A stretch of 64,000 nt of DNA, from positions 118,420,001-118,484,000 of the forward strand of contig OZ024745.1 of assembly GCA_964016885.1 (NCBI GenBank), read 5' to 3'. Source of the DNA: Eledone cirrhosa. Its lineage: Eukaryota. Made by a program: the position numbers and the translations under genes. The notes below the pieces were generated by a model that made no database searches, was not told where the DNA came from, and saw only the letters and a list, made by a program, of their open reading frames with translations. Within the stretch, counting starts at the first letter, position 1, and each line of letters begins with the position of its first letter. Shown here one piece after another: positions 28,391 to 41,000 of the stretch.

Positions 28391-28999
28391 TATATATATA
28401 TATATCTAATCATCAGATACATATATATATCTATATATATATATACATTATAAGTATGATGATGATAAACATAGTTAAACATCGATGCAAATAAATAGAA
28501 GCTGAGTTGTACCTAAGTACACATGTAAACAAACAAACATAAGCAAGATAAACATTATTACATGGTAAATACACATTTGTATATTTTAAAATCATTTCAT
28601 TTACGCACACACATCCATTATATATATATATATCTATATATATACATGTATGTGTGTGTGTGCATTCATTATTTCTATTATACAGCAACATGTAATTGAA
28701 AAAATATATATCCTGTAAAATGGTTGTGTTGAGACTTGACAAAAAAGTGCCCAGTACATACTGTAAATGGGTTTGGAATTAGGAAGGTCAGTCAGCCATA
28801 GAAACCAAACCAGGGAATAATTTATCAAGGGACCAGTTGACATTGTAAAATAGTTGGCATTATGAAGGGCATCCAGCAGTAGAAACCAGACCCAAAATAG
28901 AATGTATGTATGTGACCACTAGACCGGTCTAGCCTTAGAATATCACAACCACTCTAACCCATGCAAGCATAGAAAACAGACATTAAACGGTGATGATGT

Positions 29000-29340
29000 A
29001 TCATCATCATTTCATTTTACGTCCACTTTTTCCCTGCTTGCAAGGGTGGGACGGGAACTGATTCTGGCTTGATTTCTACAGCTGGATGCTCTTCCTCACA
29101 CCAACCTCATTTACAGTGAATGCTGGGTGCTTTTTCGCCGTGGCACCTCCACGACCATTTTACAGTGGAATGATAGGGACCCCAGTACCTATCATCTCAT
29201 TTCTACAGCTGAGTAAACTGGAGCAATGTGAAATAAAGTGTCTTGCTCAAGGAAACAACACATCACCCGGTCTGAGAATTGAAGTCACAACCTTTCGATT
29301 GCAAAGCCAATGCTCTAACCACTAAGCCATGTGCCTCCAT
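29000..29340 (-). mobile_element. Composite SINE: tRNA head plus RTE 3' tail
   Basis: Reverse complement of 46630-46955; tail matches the RTE 3' end at 21438-21500. Confidence 0.82.
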
Positions 29341-30030
29341 AGATGTATATATATATAGCATTAGGAAGGGCATCCAGCTGTAGAAACCAATCCAGAACCA
29401 GTTCTGTATGAGCAAGAAATGGTCACCTGATCTGACTTGTCTTACAATGGGACAACAACTCATCTAACCCATGCTAGAGTGGAAGATGGACATGGGATGA
29501 TGATGATGATGATGATTATGATGACCATCAAGCATTAGAGTCAAACAGATATACAATGCAACACAAACACAAACAGACACACCTCTGCATTTGGAATAAT
29601 ACTGAATTCAGAAGCAGATTGAGATATGTTTCTATTTTCGCTATATTTGCTCTATCATAAAGTTGAACTTACAGCTTCTAAATGGTATGAATAGCTTTAT
29701 ACATTAGTTTACAGAATGAATGTGAAGGGTGGAAGATATTGTGCTTGTATAACAGGAAAATGTTAGCTATTTACTATGTTATACAATGAATTCTATGCAT
29801 TAAATTAGAATTTTTATAATGAATTGGAAATAATTTACATTTTATATTCAATAATTAATATTTGTAGTTTTAATTTTAGTGAACACAGCCTGCTTTTTTC
29901 TCTCTTCCACAGCATATGGCTGATACATATACGAACCTACGTATACACATATATACTCAAATTACACAGACTAATATAATATATATATATTAATATATAT
30001 TTATATATTACATTTATATACATACATATA

Positions 30031-31324
30031 CGAGGGGGGATCAAAAAGTTCGCGGAATTTTTCAGAAAAATATGATTTGCCTTCAATTTATTTTTCTACA
30101 TAGTTGCTATCCAGGTCAATCCACTTGACAAGGCGATGCTTCCAGCTTCGTAAGCCGTCTCTAAAGAAAGTTGAAGGCCTTGTTCGAAGCCATGTGTTGG
30201 CAGTGTTTTTAGCTTCTTCAACACCACTAAAACGGGTTCCTTTTAGCATTTCTTTGAGTTTTAGAAAGAGGAAAAAGTCTGATGGGGCTAAATCTGGACT
30301 ATAAGGCGGGTGAGGAAGCACTTCCCATCGAAATTCTCGAAGAACTTCTTTTGCAACCCACGCAGAATGCGCTGGTGCATTGTCATGGTGAAACAAGATC
30401 CCACCATGAAGTTTCCCTTTTCGTTTCTTGACTAATGCCTCTTTCAGCTTCCTTAAAACATTTGCATAGTAAGCTCCTGTCACAGTTCTTTGACCTTCAA
30501 GATAATCTATTAGTATCACCCCATTTGAATCCCAGAAAATGGTGGCCATCACTTTTTGATCCGACTTTTGAGATTTGAACTTGATTGGCCCCGATGATCC
30601 ACGTGGAAACCACTGTTTTGACTGCTGTTTGGATTCAGGATTATACTGGTAGATCCAGGTTTCATCTCCGGTGATGATTCTGGTCAGGAAATGCTCTTCA
30701 TCAACTTCAATTTTGTTTAATATCGCCAAAGACAGATCACTTTTAAGAATCAGCTGATCAGGGCGCAACGCTTTTGGGACCCATCGCGCTGAAAGCTTGC
30801 TTAGTCCCAAATTATCGTGCAGAATTGAATTTGCTGAACCATATGAAATGTCTAGGGACTTAGCTAACTGATTAACTGTTATTCTTCGATCTTCTTCAAT
30901 TAAAGTCTGAGCAGCCTCAACGTTTTGGTCATGTTTTGATGTTCCTAGTCTTCCACTGTGATGGTCGTCTTCAAGGTCGTCTCTCCCTTGTTTGAATCGC
31001 TGAATCCACTTGTAGACAGCAGTTTTCTTTGGAGCAGTAGTACTGTAAACTTTAACTAAAGCCTCCATAATCTGTGTCCCTTTCCATTTGAGTTTCACCA
31101 GAAACTTGATATTCGATCTTATCTCAAAATAACTATTTTCCATTGTTCCAAAAAGAGGTTTTTTAAAGAGTGTCAGTACTGTACAATAGTCCGCACATAA
31201 CTGACTGCAAGTGACTAATAGCAAGGTAAACACCCAGTGACAATGTTCTGACATGTTTAATATTGTTTTAATCTATTTTTTTCTTACTACGATAAAATTC
31301 CGCGAACTTTTTGATCCCCCCTCG
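30031..31324 (-). mobile_element. Full-length mariner transposon (1294 bp), irritans/Hsmar2-like
   Basis: Perfect 31-bp TIR cgaggggggatcaaaaagttcgcggaatttt with TA on both sides. Confidence 0.96.
30088..31143 (-). CDS. Mariner transposase, 351 aa, uninterrupted, DD34D
   Basis: MENSYFEIR start; HTH region, WVPKAL, TGDETW, HHDNAPAH and YSPDLAPSDF with 34 residues between the 2nd and 3rd Asp. Confidence 0.93.
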   Translation of the reverse strand: MENSYFEIRSNIKFLVKLKWKGTQIMEALVKVYSTTAPKKTAVYKWIQRFKQGRDDLEDDHHSGRLGTSKHDQNVEAAQTLIEEDRRITVNQLAKSLDISYGSANSILHDNLGLSKLSARWVPKALRPDQLILKSDLSLAILNKIEVDEEHFLTRIITGDETWIYQYNPESKQQSKQWFPRGSSGPIKFKSQKSDQKVMATIFWDSNGVILIDYLEGQRTVTGAYYANVLRKLKEALVKKRKGKLHGGILFHHDNAPAHSAWVAKEVLREFRWEVLPHPPYSPDLAPSDFFLFLKLKEMLKGTRFSGVEEAKNTANTWLRTRPSTFFRDGLRSWKHRLVKWIDLDSNYVEK

Positions 31325-31468
31325 TATATATATATATATATTACATTTATATACATACATATATATATATATTACATTTATATATATATATATATATATA
31401 TATTACATTTATATACATACATATATATATATATTACATTTATATACATACATATATATATATATTAC

Positions 31469-31504
<36 letters not shown>

Positions 31505-31505
31505 C

Positions 31506-31539
<34 letters not shown>

Positions 31540-31567
31540 CATTTATATATATATATATATATATTAC

Positions 31568-31598
<31 letters not shown>

Positions 31599-31895
31599 AC
31601 ATTTATATATATATATATATATATTACATTTATATATATATATATATATATTACATTTATATATATATATATATATATATTACATTTATATACATACATA
31701 TATATATATATATTACATTTATATACATACATATATATATATATATATATTACATTTATATACATACATATATATATATATATATTACATTTATATACAT
31801 ATATATATATATATATATTACATTTATATACATATATATATATATATATTACATTTATATACATACATATATATATATATATATATTACATTTAT

Positions 31896-31929
<34 letters not shown>

Positions 31930-32239
31930 TACATTTATATACATACATATATATATATATATATTACATTTATATATATATTACATTTATATATATATAT
32001 TACATTTATATATATATATATATATTACATTTATATATATATATATTACATTTATATATATATATATATATATTACTTTTATATATATATATTACATTTA
32101 TATATATATATATTACATTTTTATATATATATATTACATTTTTATATATATATATTACATTTATATATATATATATATATATATATTACATTTATATATA
32201 TATATATATTACATTTATATATATATATATATATATTAC

Positions 32240-32270
<31 letters not shown>

Positions 32271-32399
32271 ACATTTATATACATATATATATATATATAT
32301 ATTACATTTATATACATATATATATATATATATTACATTTATATACATACATATATATATATTACATTTATATATATATATATATTACATTTATATACA

Positions 32400-32438
<39 letters not shown>

Positions 32439-32451
32439 CATATATATATAT
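31325..32451. repeat. Compound (TA)n satellite punctuated by ttacatt
   Basis: ttacattt(at)n units of variable length. Confidence 0.95.
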
Positions 32452-32880
32452 AAGGGAAAAATTAGAAATAAGAGGGATCAGATGTTGTTTACTCGAGAGA
32501 AGACTACGTTGGTACGGTCACGTGATGCGCATGAAAGACGACAGCTGCATAAAAAAGTGCAGATCGATCAAAATAGACAGTAGCTATGGAGTAGGCAGAC
32601 CCAGAAAAACCTGGGACGACTTGATAAATTCCGACCTCACACACTTACACCTCTCCAAGACAATGTCACTGGACCGAGATCTTTGGCGCTACACAGTAAT
32701 ACAGAAGATCCGCCTTATCTAAGTACAAAGTGAAACCTACTACAGTCAGTAGGCACCTCTAACAAATACACCCCCGTCCCACTACTCCCTACGCCACCAC
32801 CATCCACACCACCCCTTTCAATGTAAAGTTATGTTGGTACCACAACATCCAGTCCGAAATAAATGAGGTCGTGTAAATAC
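32452..32880 (+). mobile_element. RTE LINE 3' fragment
   Basis: REKLEIRGIRCCLLERRLRWYGHVMRMKDDSCIKKC...GRPRKTW; related to 2919-3150. Confidence 0.88.
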
Positions 32881-33229
32881 AATAGTAAATATAGAGTAAG
32901 GTACATACTAAAGAGTTAAAGACATTTATTTGTAGGTCTACTTTATGAAGGCTTACCAAGGGCAGAACAACAGTACTTCATTTAGAAAGATGAACTAAGC
33001 AATAGACAGATAATAAGTGTTATGTCATCTTGCTGAGTTGAAGCAGTTGTTTGGTTCTGCAGGAGGCTACATGAACTCTCATGGCATCCAATACTACAAT
33101 AGCTACAGCAATGATGAGGAGCAGAGGGAAGAGGAGGAGGAGGGGGAGATCAATCAGGTAATAATGATGAAGACTATTGAAATATGAGGAGGATGATCAT
33201 AATAAATGATGGTGAACAATAGTGAAATA

Positions 33230-33672
33230 TAGATGATATAGATGATAATGGTGAACAATGGTGAAATATAGATGATAATCAAAGATGGGAATGATTACTG
33301 ATGATGATGATGGTAGTGATGATGATGATGATGATGATGAGGATGATGGTGATAATAATGATAGTGATAATGATAATGGAGGTAGTGATGATGATGGTAG
33401 GGATGATGATGATGATGATGGTGATGGTGATAATAATGATAGTGATAATGATAATGGAGGTAGTGATGATGATGGTAGGGATGATGATGATGATGATGGT
33501 GATGGTGATAATAATGATAGTGATAATGATAATGGAGGTAGTGATGATGATGGTAGGGATGATGATGGTAGGGATGATGATGATGATGATGGTGATAATA
33601 ATGATAGTGATGATGATAATGGAGGTAGTGATGATGATGGTAGGGATGATGATGCTGATGTTAATGATGATG

Positions 33673-33704
<32 letters not shown>

Positions 33705-33822
33705 GATGATGGTGATGGTGATGATGATGGTGATGGAGGTAGTGATGGAGATGACGATGATGGAGGTAGTGATGATCATGTTAATGGTGATGTTAATGAT
33801 GATGGTGATGGTGATGATGATC
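33230..33822. repeat. Degenerate (GAT)n repeat with an internal ~78-bp higher-order unit
   Basis: gataataatgatagtgataatgataatggaggtagtgatgatgatggtaggg recurs 3-4 times. Confidence 0.9.
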
Positions 33823-34859
33823 AATCAAACAAACAAGATCATTATGAGATTTTTAAGTGATAATGATTATCATCAGGATGCTGTTACTGATGATTATTCT
33901 GATAATATTAATGATAATTCTCTAGTAACAAGTTGTTAAAAGCCACTACTTGGCATTCTAAAATGTTTTGTTCTTGCCATTCCCCCAGCCAACCATACCC
34001 ACCCCTACTCAGGCAGTAATACAGTAACACACCATTATCAACACAACCATTCTCAGCAACATCCACTTCATTTTCGGTTTCCTTTCCTAGTCACTAACAT
34101 ATTCTAAAACAATAACCATATAAACAAGTAGAAGGTCTGTTAAATGAAGTGAACAGTGATGTTATCTCTATTCCCAGATTTTAATCTATTCTGATATTTT
34201 AACAGAAGAAACGACAATGTATATCTACATGACCAATGGCAACCCTCATAGATCAATATACTGTAACAGTGGTGGGACTTACATTTTTATACAGAGAGAT
34301 ATTATCTGACTTGGGTGTATACATGCTTTTGACTGCATGGAAGTTGAATAAGTTGAAATTGTGATCTTTTCAATTCTAAATCCTGTATGCTTCCACATAT
34401 TTAAACCCAACATTATTTAGAATGTGAGTATTCATATCTACCTGACAATAGGCTTTGTTAGTTAATGAAACCATTGGCTGCAGATGTAATATTGTATGTA
34501 CAAATGATAGCAGGAAAAGGGGACATTAAATGATGATGATGATCATCATCATCACTGTTTAACGTCCATTTTCCCATGCTAGCATGGGTTAGATGAGTTG
34601 TCCTGTTGTGAGACCAGTCAGATAAGAGGACCATGTTTTTACTCATACAGAACTGGTTCTGGCTTAGTTTCTGAGGCTGTATGACTTTCCTAACACCAAC
34701 CACATTCACAGTGTGTACTGTAAATGATGATACATATATATGATGGCTGCAACTCAATTTCAAGTAATGCCATCATTTTATACTTAATCGATATGATGTT
34801 TTAGTCCAGCTAGGGACTTGCCTATGGCCAGCAATATCATGCATCACAAAAAACGTCAC

Positions 34860-35270
34860 ATATCCTGCGTTTGAAGCTTTTTAAGTGAGGAAAGGCTTTT
34901 CGCGGGCCAATCCCACAAATCCCACTCTCTGAACATCAAATACATTTACACAAAAAAAAAACTGATCTACATCATTGGATGCAAACGAAGTCACAGGTTT
35001 TATATCAGAGTGACCTTCTCCTAGAGATGTCTTAATGAAGACTAGGAGTTTCTCACTCCAGAAAAAGAAAAAAAATTTTATTGGATGGCCTTTGACTCTC
35101 CAGAGTTCCTCTGCCCTTACATGAGTTTTGTTTTTCAACCCGCAGGGTGTCCAAAATCACCCTCCTCACCAAGCAAGCTTGGTGGGATTGCTGGTTTAGT
35201 TGCTGACAACCTGATCATGTACAGGGTGTACTGGGTTACATGTTACCAGTAGCACTGAAGAGCGACCTGA
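34860..35270 (-). mobile_element. Probable RTE-type LINE 5' UTR fragment
   Basis: ctaggagaaggtcactctgatataaaacc resembles RTE 5' UTRs (recalled); related piece at ~56830-56900. Confidence 0.35.
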
Positions 35271-36165
35271 TATAATATATATATATAACTCAAAATTATA
35301 AATATATATATTATATTGAGTTATACCCCTTACTGTATCTTCAGCCCCTAATATTAAATACAAGAAACTCTGACAACTATTGTAAAATAATAATTCACGT
35401 AAGTTGCTAATATTAATTTACTTGAGGTGGTTACATGTTTATTTTCTAGCAAATACTCAGTGTTGCTGCACCAGCAGATATACAACCATGAAGATATTAA
35501 CACATAAAGAGGCTTATACTAGAAATAACTACAATCTACAGAAAGTGAGATGAAGAGTAAAATAAAAACAACAATAATGACATATCTGTCACCATTATTC
35601 TTTATCATCAGATCCCGCCGAGGTTAACTTTGCCTTTCATCCTTACGGGGTCGATAGAATAAAGTACCAGTAATGCACTGGGTAATTGCTGGCCATGTGC
35701 CAAAAGTAGAAACAATTATTCTTTATCATCAGATAGAGCAGAGTTGATATTCTTTAGCCCTAGGTCAACCCTGATTGAGCAACAGAAATATATGATCAAC
35801 TGCTTTACAGTTGTAATCATCCTATCAGTTTTTCTGACACAATAAAAACTATATTACGCAATGTGCTATTCTTTTGTTATTTTTGAGACCGTTGTATATA
35901 ATTTGAGATTCTGCTATTATTTCTAGCAGGTTGAGCAGTTATATTGAGGACACCCTTTTTTGGCTTGAGAGTAGAGAATTTATAGAAACAATAGAAAGTT
36001 GTTTTTTTTTTTTATCCTAGTTTGAAACTGTGTAATTGTTTCAGGTGACCACAACCAAATAACACTTTATTGACAGTTGTATAAATAATATTATAAATAT
36101 GTTTCAAATATAAACATAAACTAGAGGAAATGTCATAAAAACTGTATAAACATGATATTATTCAC

Positions 36166-37205
36166 ATCATCATTATCATCATTTACGTTCGCTTTTCCCT
36201 GCTTGCAAGGATTGGACAGGTCCTATTCAGCACAGCATCTCTCCACTTGTCACGGTCCTTCGTCATCTCCTCGGTGAGTTTCAGTGATCTGAGGTCTGCT
36301 CTCACCACCTCCGCCCATGTTTTTCGTAGTCTACCTCTACTGCGTCTTCCTTCTACTGGAATTTCTTGGCACTTCTTCACCCATCAGTCATCCTCCATGC
36401 GCATCACATGTCCATACCATCTCAGCCTTCTCTCCTGCACACCACAACTTATCCTTCTTATACCCAGTTTCTTTCTCAACTCCTCTATGCTTGGTCGTTC
36501 ACGCGCATTGGCATTGCACATCCAACGGAGCATACTTGCTTCATTTCTCTCCAGCTGTTGCATATCCTCTGCAGCTGCTGCCCATGTTTCACTACCATGC
36601 AGCATCGCACATCTCACACAGGCATCATATAACTGTCCTTTCGTAAGCAGAGAGAAACCCTTCATTGTCAACAGAGGAAGCAGCTCCCTAAACTTCTTCC
36701 AACCCGTCCTTATTCTAGATACTATGGCCTTGGAACACCCCCCCTCCCATGCTAATCTGATCACCTAGGTACCGGAAGCTATCAACCACTTCTGTAGAAC
36801 CCACCTGCATTGGAAAAATGTGTCTATCACTGCGATTACTACTGTCAACTTTCCCTGTACATCTACTGCATACATAGTTTTCCCTACCTGTTAGTTTGCC
36901 TGCTATCCCACTACATCTCTTATGTACCCAAGATCTGCATTGCATACATTTTATGGAATTTATGCCAGTTCCTTTCCTACATATTGAACATGGCCATTTC
37001 CCCGATGGAATCAGAGTATTGTGCTTTCTTCTACTTATCAACACTCTTGTTTTAGCTATGTTCACTCTCAGTCCTCTTGATTCCAACTGCTGTTTCCATA
37101 GCCAGAATTTATTCTCTAGCTCCTCTACTGATTCTGCTATAAGAACCAGATAGTCAGCATAGAGAAGTTCCCATGGGCAGCCAGTCTTAAACTCCTCTGT
37201 ACCAA
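36166..37205 (-). mobile_element. 5'-truncated RTE LINE, frameshifted
   Basis: EEFKTGCPWELLYAD, WPCSIC...WVHKRC, FRYLGD, RRLRWYGHVMR, PILASREKRT; (GAT)n tail. Confidence 0.92.
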
Positions 37206-37386
37206 TAATAATTGTTTCTACTTTAGGCACAAGGCCAGCAATCACCCAGTGCATTACTGGTACTTTATTTTATCGACTCCGTAAGGATGAAAGACAAAGT
37301 AAACCTCGGCGGGATTTGAACTCAGATCGTAAAGGGATGTAACTATGCTGGAAAGCATGGCGTCCGACCCTCTACCGATACTGCCA
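37205..37386 (-). mobile_element. tRNA-headed SINE (family B) abutting the LINE 5' end
   Basis: Matches the other family B copies. Confidence 0.8.
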
Positions 37387-38086
37387 AATAATGTCAACTA
37401 TAATAATGGCAATAAAAAAAGGAAAGAAAAGGAAAGAAAGAATAGGATATATAGAGGAGAAAGAGAAAGAAGAAAAAGAACAGGAAGGTGAGGGGAAGCA
37501 GGAGCTCTGGTGTCACATAAGGGGAGAGGTGAAGGGGGTGAAGGGGGTTTGAGCCTAGGGCAAGGGGTCAGAAGTGCTGTGTCCCGCAGAGAAGACGGCA
37601 AAAATAGAATATTTGAAATTCAAAATCTTGCTGAAATCAACATTGCTTTGCACCCCTTCAAGATTGACAAGATAAGTATCAAGTATTTTCTAAGGTTTGA
37701 CTATAAAAACCCTTCTTTTCATCATTATCACCTTTAAAGTTATAAACAACATCACTGAAGCTGATCTTATCACCAACCGCATCTTATTTACCAATTGCAC
37801 TAGCTGTTGAACAGTAATACAGTCTTTGTCTAGAGTATCTAATATCTAGTAACAAATTATGTTTTTAGTCTACAAAGAGCTTTTAGTTTCTTTTCACAAC
37901 ATACATATATATTACCAATTAAGATGATGATAATGATGAGAATAATGATGATGATGTTGTGGTTATTGTAATCATCATCATCTCATAACTATTTGTCATC
38001 CTACTCCTGTACTTAACAAGGTCATCACAAAAGTTTCAATCGTTAACATCACTGTCTCAACCATCAACATTGTAAATTTGTTTGTA

Positions 38087-41000
38087 GTAATGATGCTAAT
38101 GTGAAGCTGTGTGGCTCAGTAATGATGCTAATGTGAAGCTGTGTGGCTTAGAAATGATGCTAATGTGAAGCTGTGTGGCTCAGTAATGATGCTAATGTGA
38201 AGCTGTGTGGCTCAGAAATGATGCTAATGTGAAGCTGTGTGGCTCAGTAATGATGCTAATGTGAAGCTGTGTGGTTCAGTAATGATGCTAATGTGAAGCT
38301 GTGTGGCTCGGAAATGATGCTAATGTGAAGCTGTGTGGCTCAGTAATGATGCTAATGTGAAGCTGTGTGGCTCAGTAATGATGCTAATGTGAAGCTGTGT
38401 GGCTCAGTAATGATGCTAATGTGAAGCTGTGTGGCTCAGTAATGATGCTAATGTGAAGCTGTGTGGTTCAGTAATGATGCTAATGTGAAGCTGTGTGGCT
38501 CAGTAATGATGCTAATGTGAAGTTGTGTGGCTCAGTAATGATGCTAATGTGAAACTGTGTGGCTCAGTAATGATGCTAATGTGAAACTGTGTGGCTCAGT
38601 AATGATGCTAATGTGAAGCTGTGTGGCTCAGTAATGATGCTAATGTGAAGCTGTGTGGTTCAGTAATGATGCTAATGTGAAGCCGTGTGGCTCAGTAATG
38701 ATGCTAATGTGAAGCTGTGTGGCTCAGTAATGATGCTAATATGAAGCTGTGTGGCTCAGTAATGATGCTAATGTGAAACTGTGTGGCTCAGTAATGATGC
38801 TAATGTGAAGCTGTGTGGCTCAGTAATGATGCTAATGTGAAGCTGTGTGGCTCAGTAATGATGCTAATGTGAAGCTGTGTGGCTTAGTAATGATGCTAAT
38901 ATGAAATTGTGTGGCTCAGTAATGATGCTAATGTGAAGCTGTGTGGCTTAGTAATGATGCTAATGTGAAGCTGTGTGGCTCAGTAATGATGCTAATGTGA
39001 AACTGTGTGGCTCAGTAATGATGCTAATGTGAAGCTGTGTGGCTCAGTAATGATGCTAATGTGAAGCTGTGTGGCTCAGTAATGATGCTAATGTGAAGCT
39101 GTGTGGCTCAGTAATGATGCTAATGTGAAGCTGTGTGGCTCAGTAATGATGCTAATGTGAAGCTGTGTGGCTCAGTAATGATGCTAATGTGAAGCTGTGT
39201 GGCTCAGTAATGATGCTAATGTGAAGCTGTGTGGCTCAGTAATGATACTAATGTGAAGCTGTGTGGCTTAGTAATGATGCTAATGTGAAGCTGTGTGGCT
39301 CAGTAATGATGCTAATGTGAAGCTGTGTGGCTTAGAAATGATGCTAATGTGAAGCTGTGTGGCTCAGTAATGATGCTAATGTGAAGCTGTGTGGCTCAGT
39401 AATGATGCTAATGTGAAGCTGTGTGGCTCAGTAATGATGCTAATGTGAAGCTGTGTGGCTCAGTAATGATGCTAATGTGAAGCTGTGTGGCTCAGTAATG
39501 ATGCTAATGTGAAGCTGTGTGGCTCAGTAATGATGCTAATGTGAAACTGTGTGGCTCAGTAATGATGCTAATGTGAAGCTGTGTGGCTCAGTAATGATGC
39601 TAATGTGAAGCTGTGTGGCTCAGTAATGATGCTAATGTGAAGCTGTGTGGCTCAGTAATGATGCTAATGTGAAGCTGTGTGGCTCAGTAATGATGCTAAT
39701 GTGAAGCTGTGTGGCTCAGTAATGATGCTAATGTGAAACTGTGTGGCTCAGTAATGATGCTAATGTGAAGCTGTGTGGCTCAGTAATGATGCTAATGTGA
39801 AGCTGTGTGGCTCAGTAATGATGCTAATGTGAAGCTGTGTGGCTCAGTAATGATGCTAATGTGAAGCTGTGTGGCTCAGTAATGATGCTAATGTGAAGCT
39901 GTGTGGCTCAGTAATGATGCTAATGTGAAGCTGTGTGGCTCAGTAATGATGCTAATGTGAAGCTGTGTGGCTTAGGAATGATGCTAATGTGAAGCTGTGT
40001 GGCTCAGTAATGATGCTAATGTGAAGTTGTGTGGCTCAGTAATGATGCTAATGTGAAGCTGTGTGGCTCAGTAATGATGCTAATGTGAAGCTGTGTGGCT
40101 CAGTAATGATACTAATGTGAAGCTGTGTGGCTCAGTAATGATGCTAATGTGAAGCTGTGTGGCTCAGTAATGATACTAATGTGAAGCTGTGTGGTTCAGT
40201 AATGATGCTAATGTGAAGCTGTGTGGCTCAGTAATGATACTAATGTGAAGCTGTGTGGCTCAGTAATGATGCTAATGTGAAGCTGTGTGGCTCAGTAATG
40301 ATGCTAATGTGAAGCTGTGTGGTTCAGTAATGATGCTAATGTGAAGCTGTGTGGCTCAGTAATGATACTAATGTGAAGCTGTGTGGCTCAGTAATGATGC
40401 TAATGTGAAGCTGTGTGGCTCAGTAATGATGCTAATGTGAAGTTGTGTGGCTCAGTAATGATGCTAATGTGAAGTTGTGTGGCTCAGTAATGATGCTAAT
40501 GTGAAGCTGTGTGGCTCAGTAATGATGCTAATGTGAAGCTGTGTGGCTCAGTAATGATGCTAATGTGAAGCTGTGTGGCTCAGTAATGATGCTAATGTGA
40601 AGCTGTGTGGCTCAGTAATGATGCTAATGTGAAGCTGTGTGGTTCAGTAATGATGCTAATGTGAAGCTGTGTGGCTCAGTAATGATACTAATGTGAAGCT
40701 GTGTGGCTCAGTAATGATGCTAATGTGAAGCTGTGTGGCTCAGTAATGATGCTAATGTGAAGTTGTGTGGCTCAGTAATGATGCTAATGTGAAGCTGTGT
40801 GGCTCAGTAATGATGCTAATGTGAAGCTGTGTGGCTCAGTAATGATGCTAATGTGAAGCTGTGTGGCTCAGTAATGATGCTAATGTGAAGCTGTGTGGCT
40901 CAGTAATGATACTAATGTGAAGCTGTGTGGCTTAGTAATGATGCTAATGTGAAGCTGTGTGGCTCAGTAATGATGCTAATGTGAAGCTGTGTGGCTTAGA

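Noticed and set aside
31144-31254. 37-aa N-terminal extension of the mariner transposase
   Set aside because: Family homology starts at the Met at 31143; the upstream ATG lies in the subterminal region
31253-32722. 489-aa and 380-aa ORFs
   Set aside because: Translation of a (TA)n satellite; only the last ~90 aa are an RTE fragment in frame by chance
33279-33939. Asp-rich, Met-rich or Ile-rich ORFs (e.g. an acidic biomineral protein)
   Set aside because: Degenerate (GAT)n repeat; no signal peptide or convincing splice context
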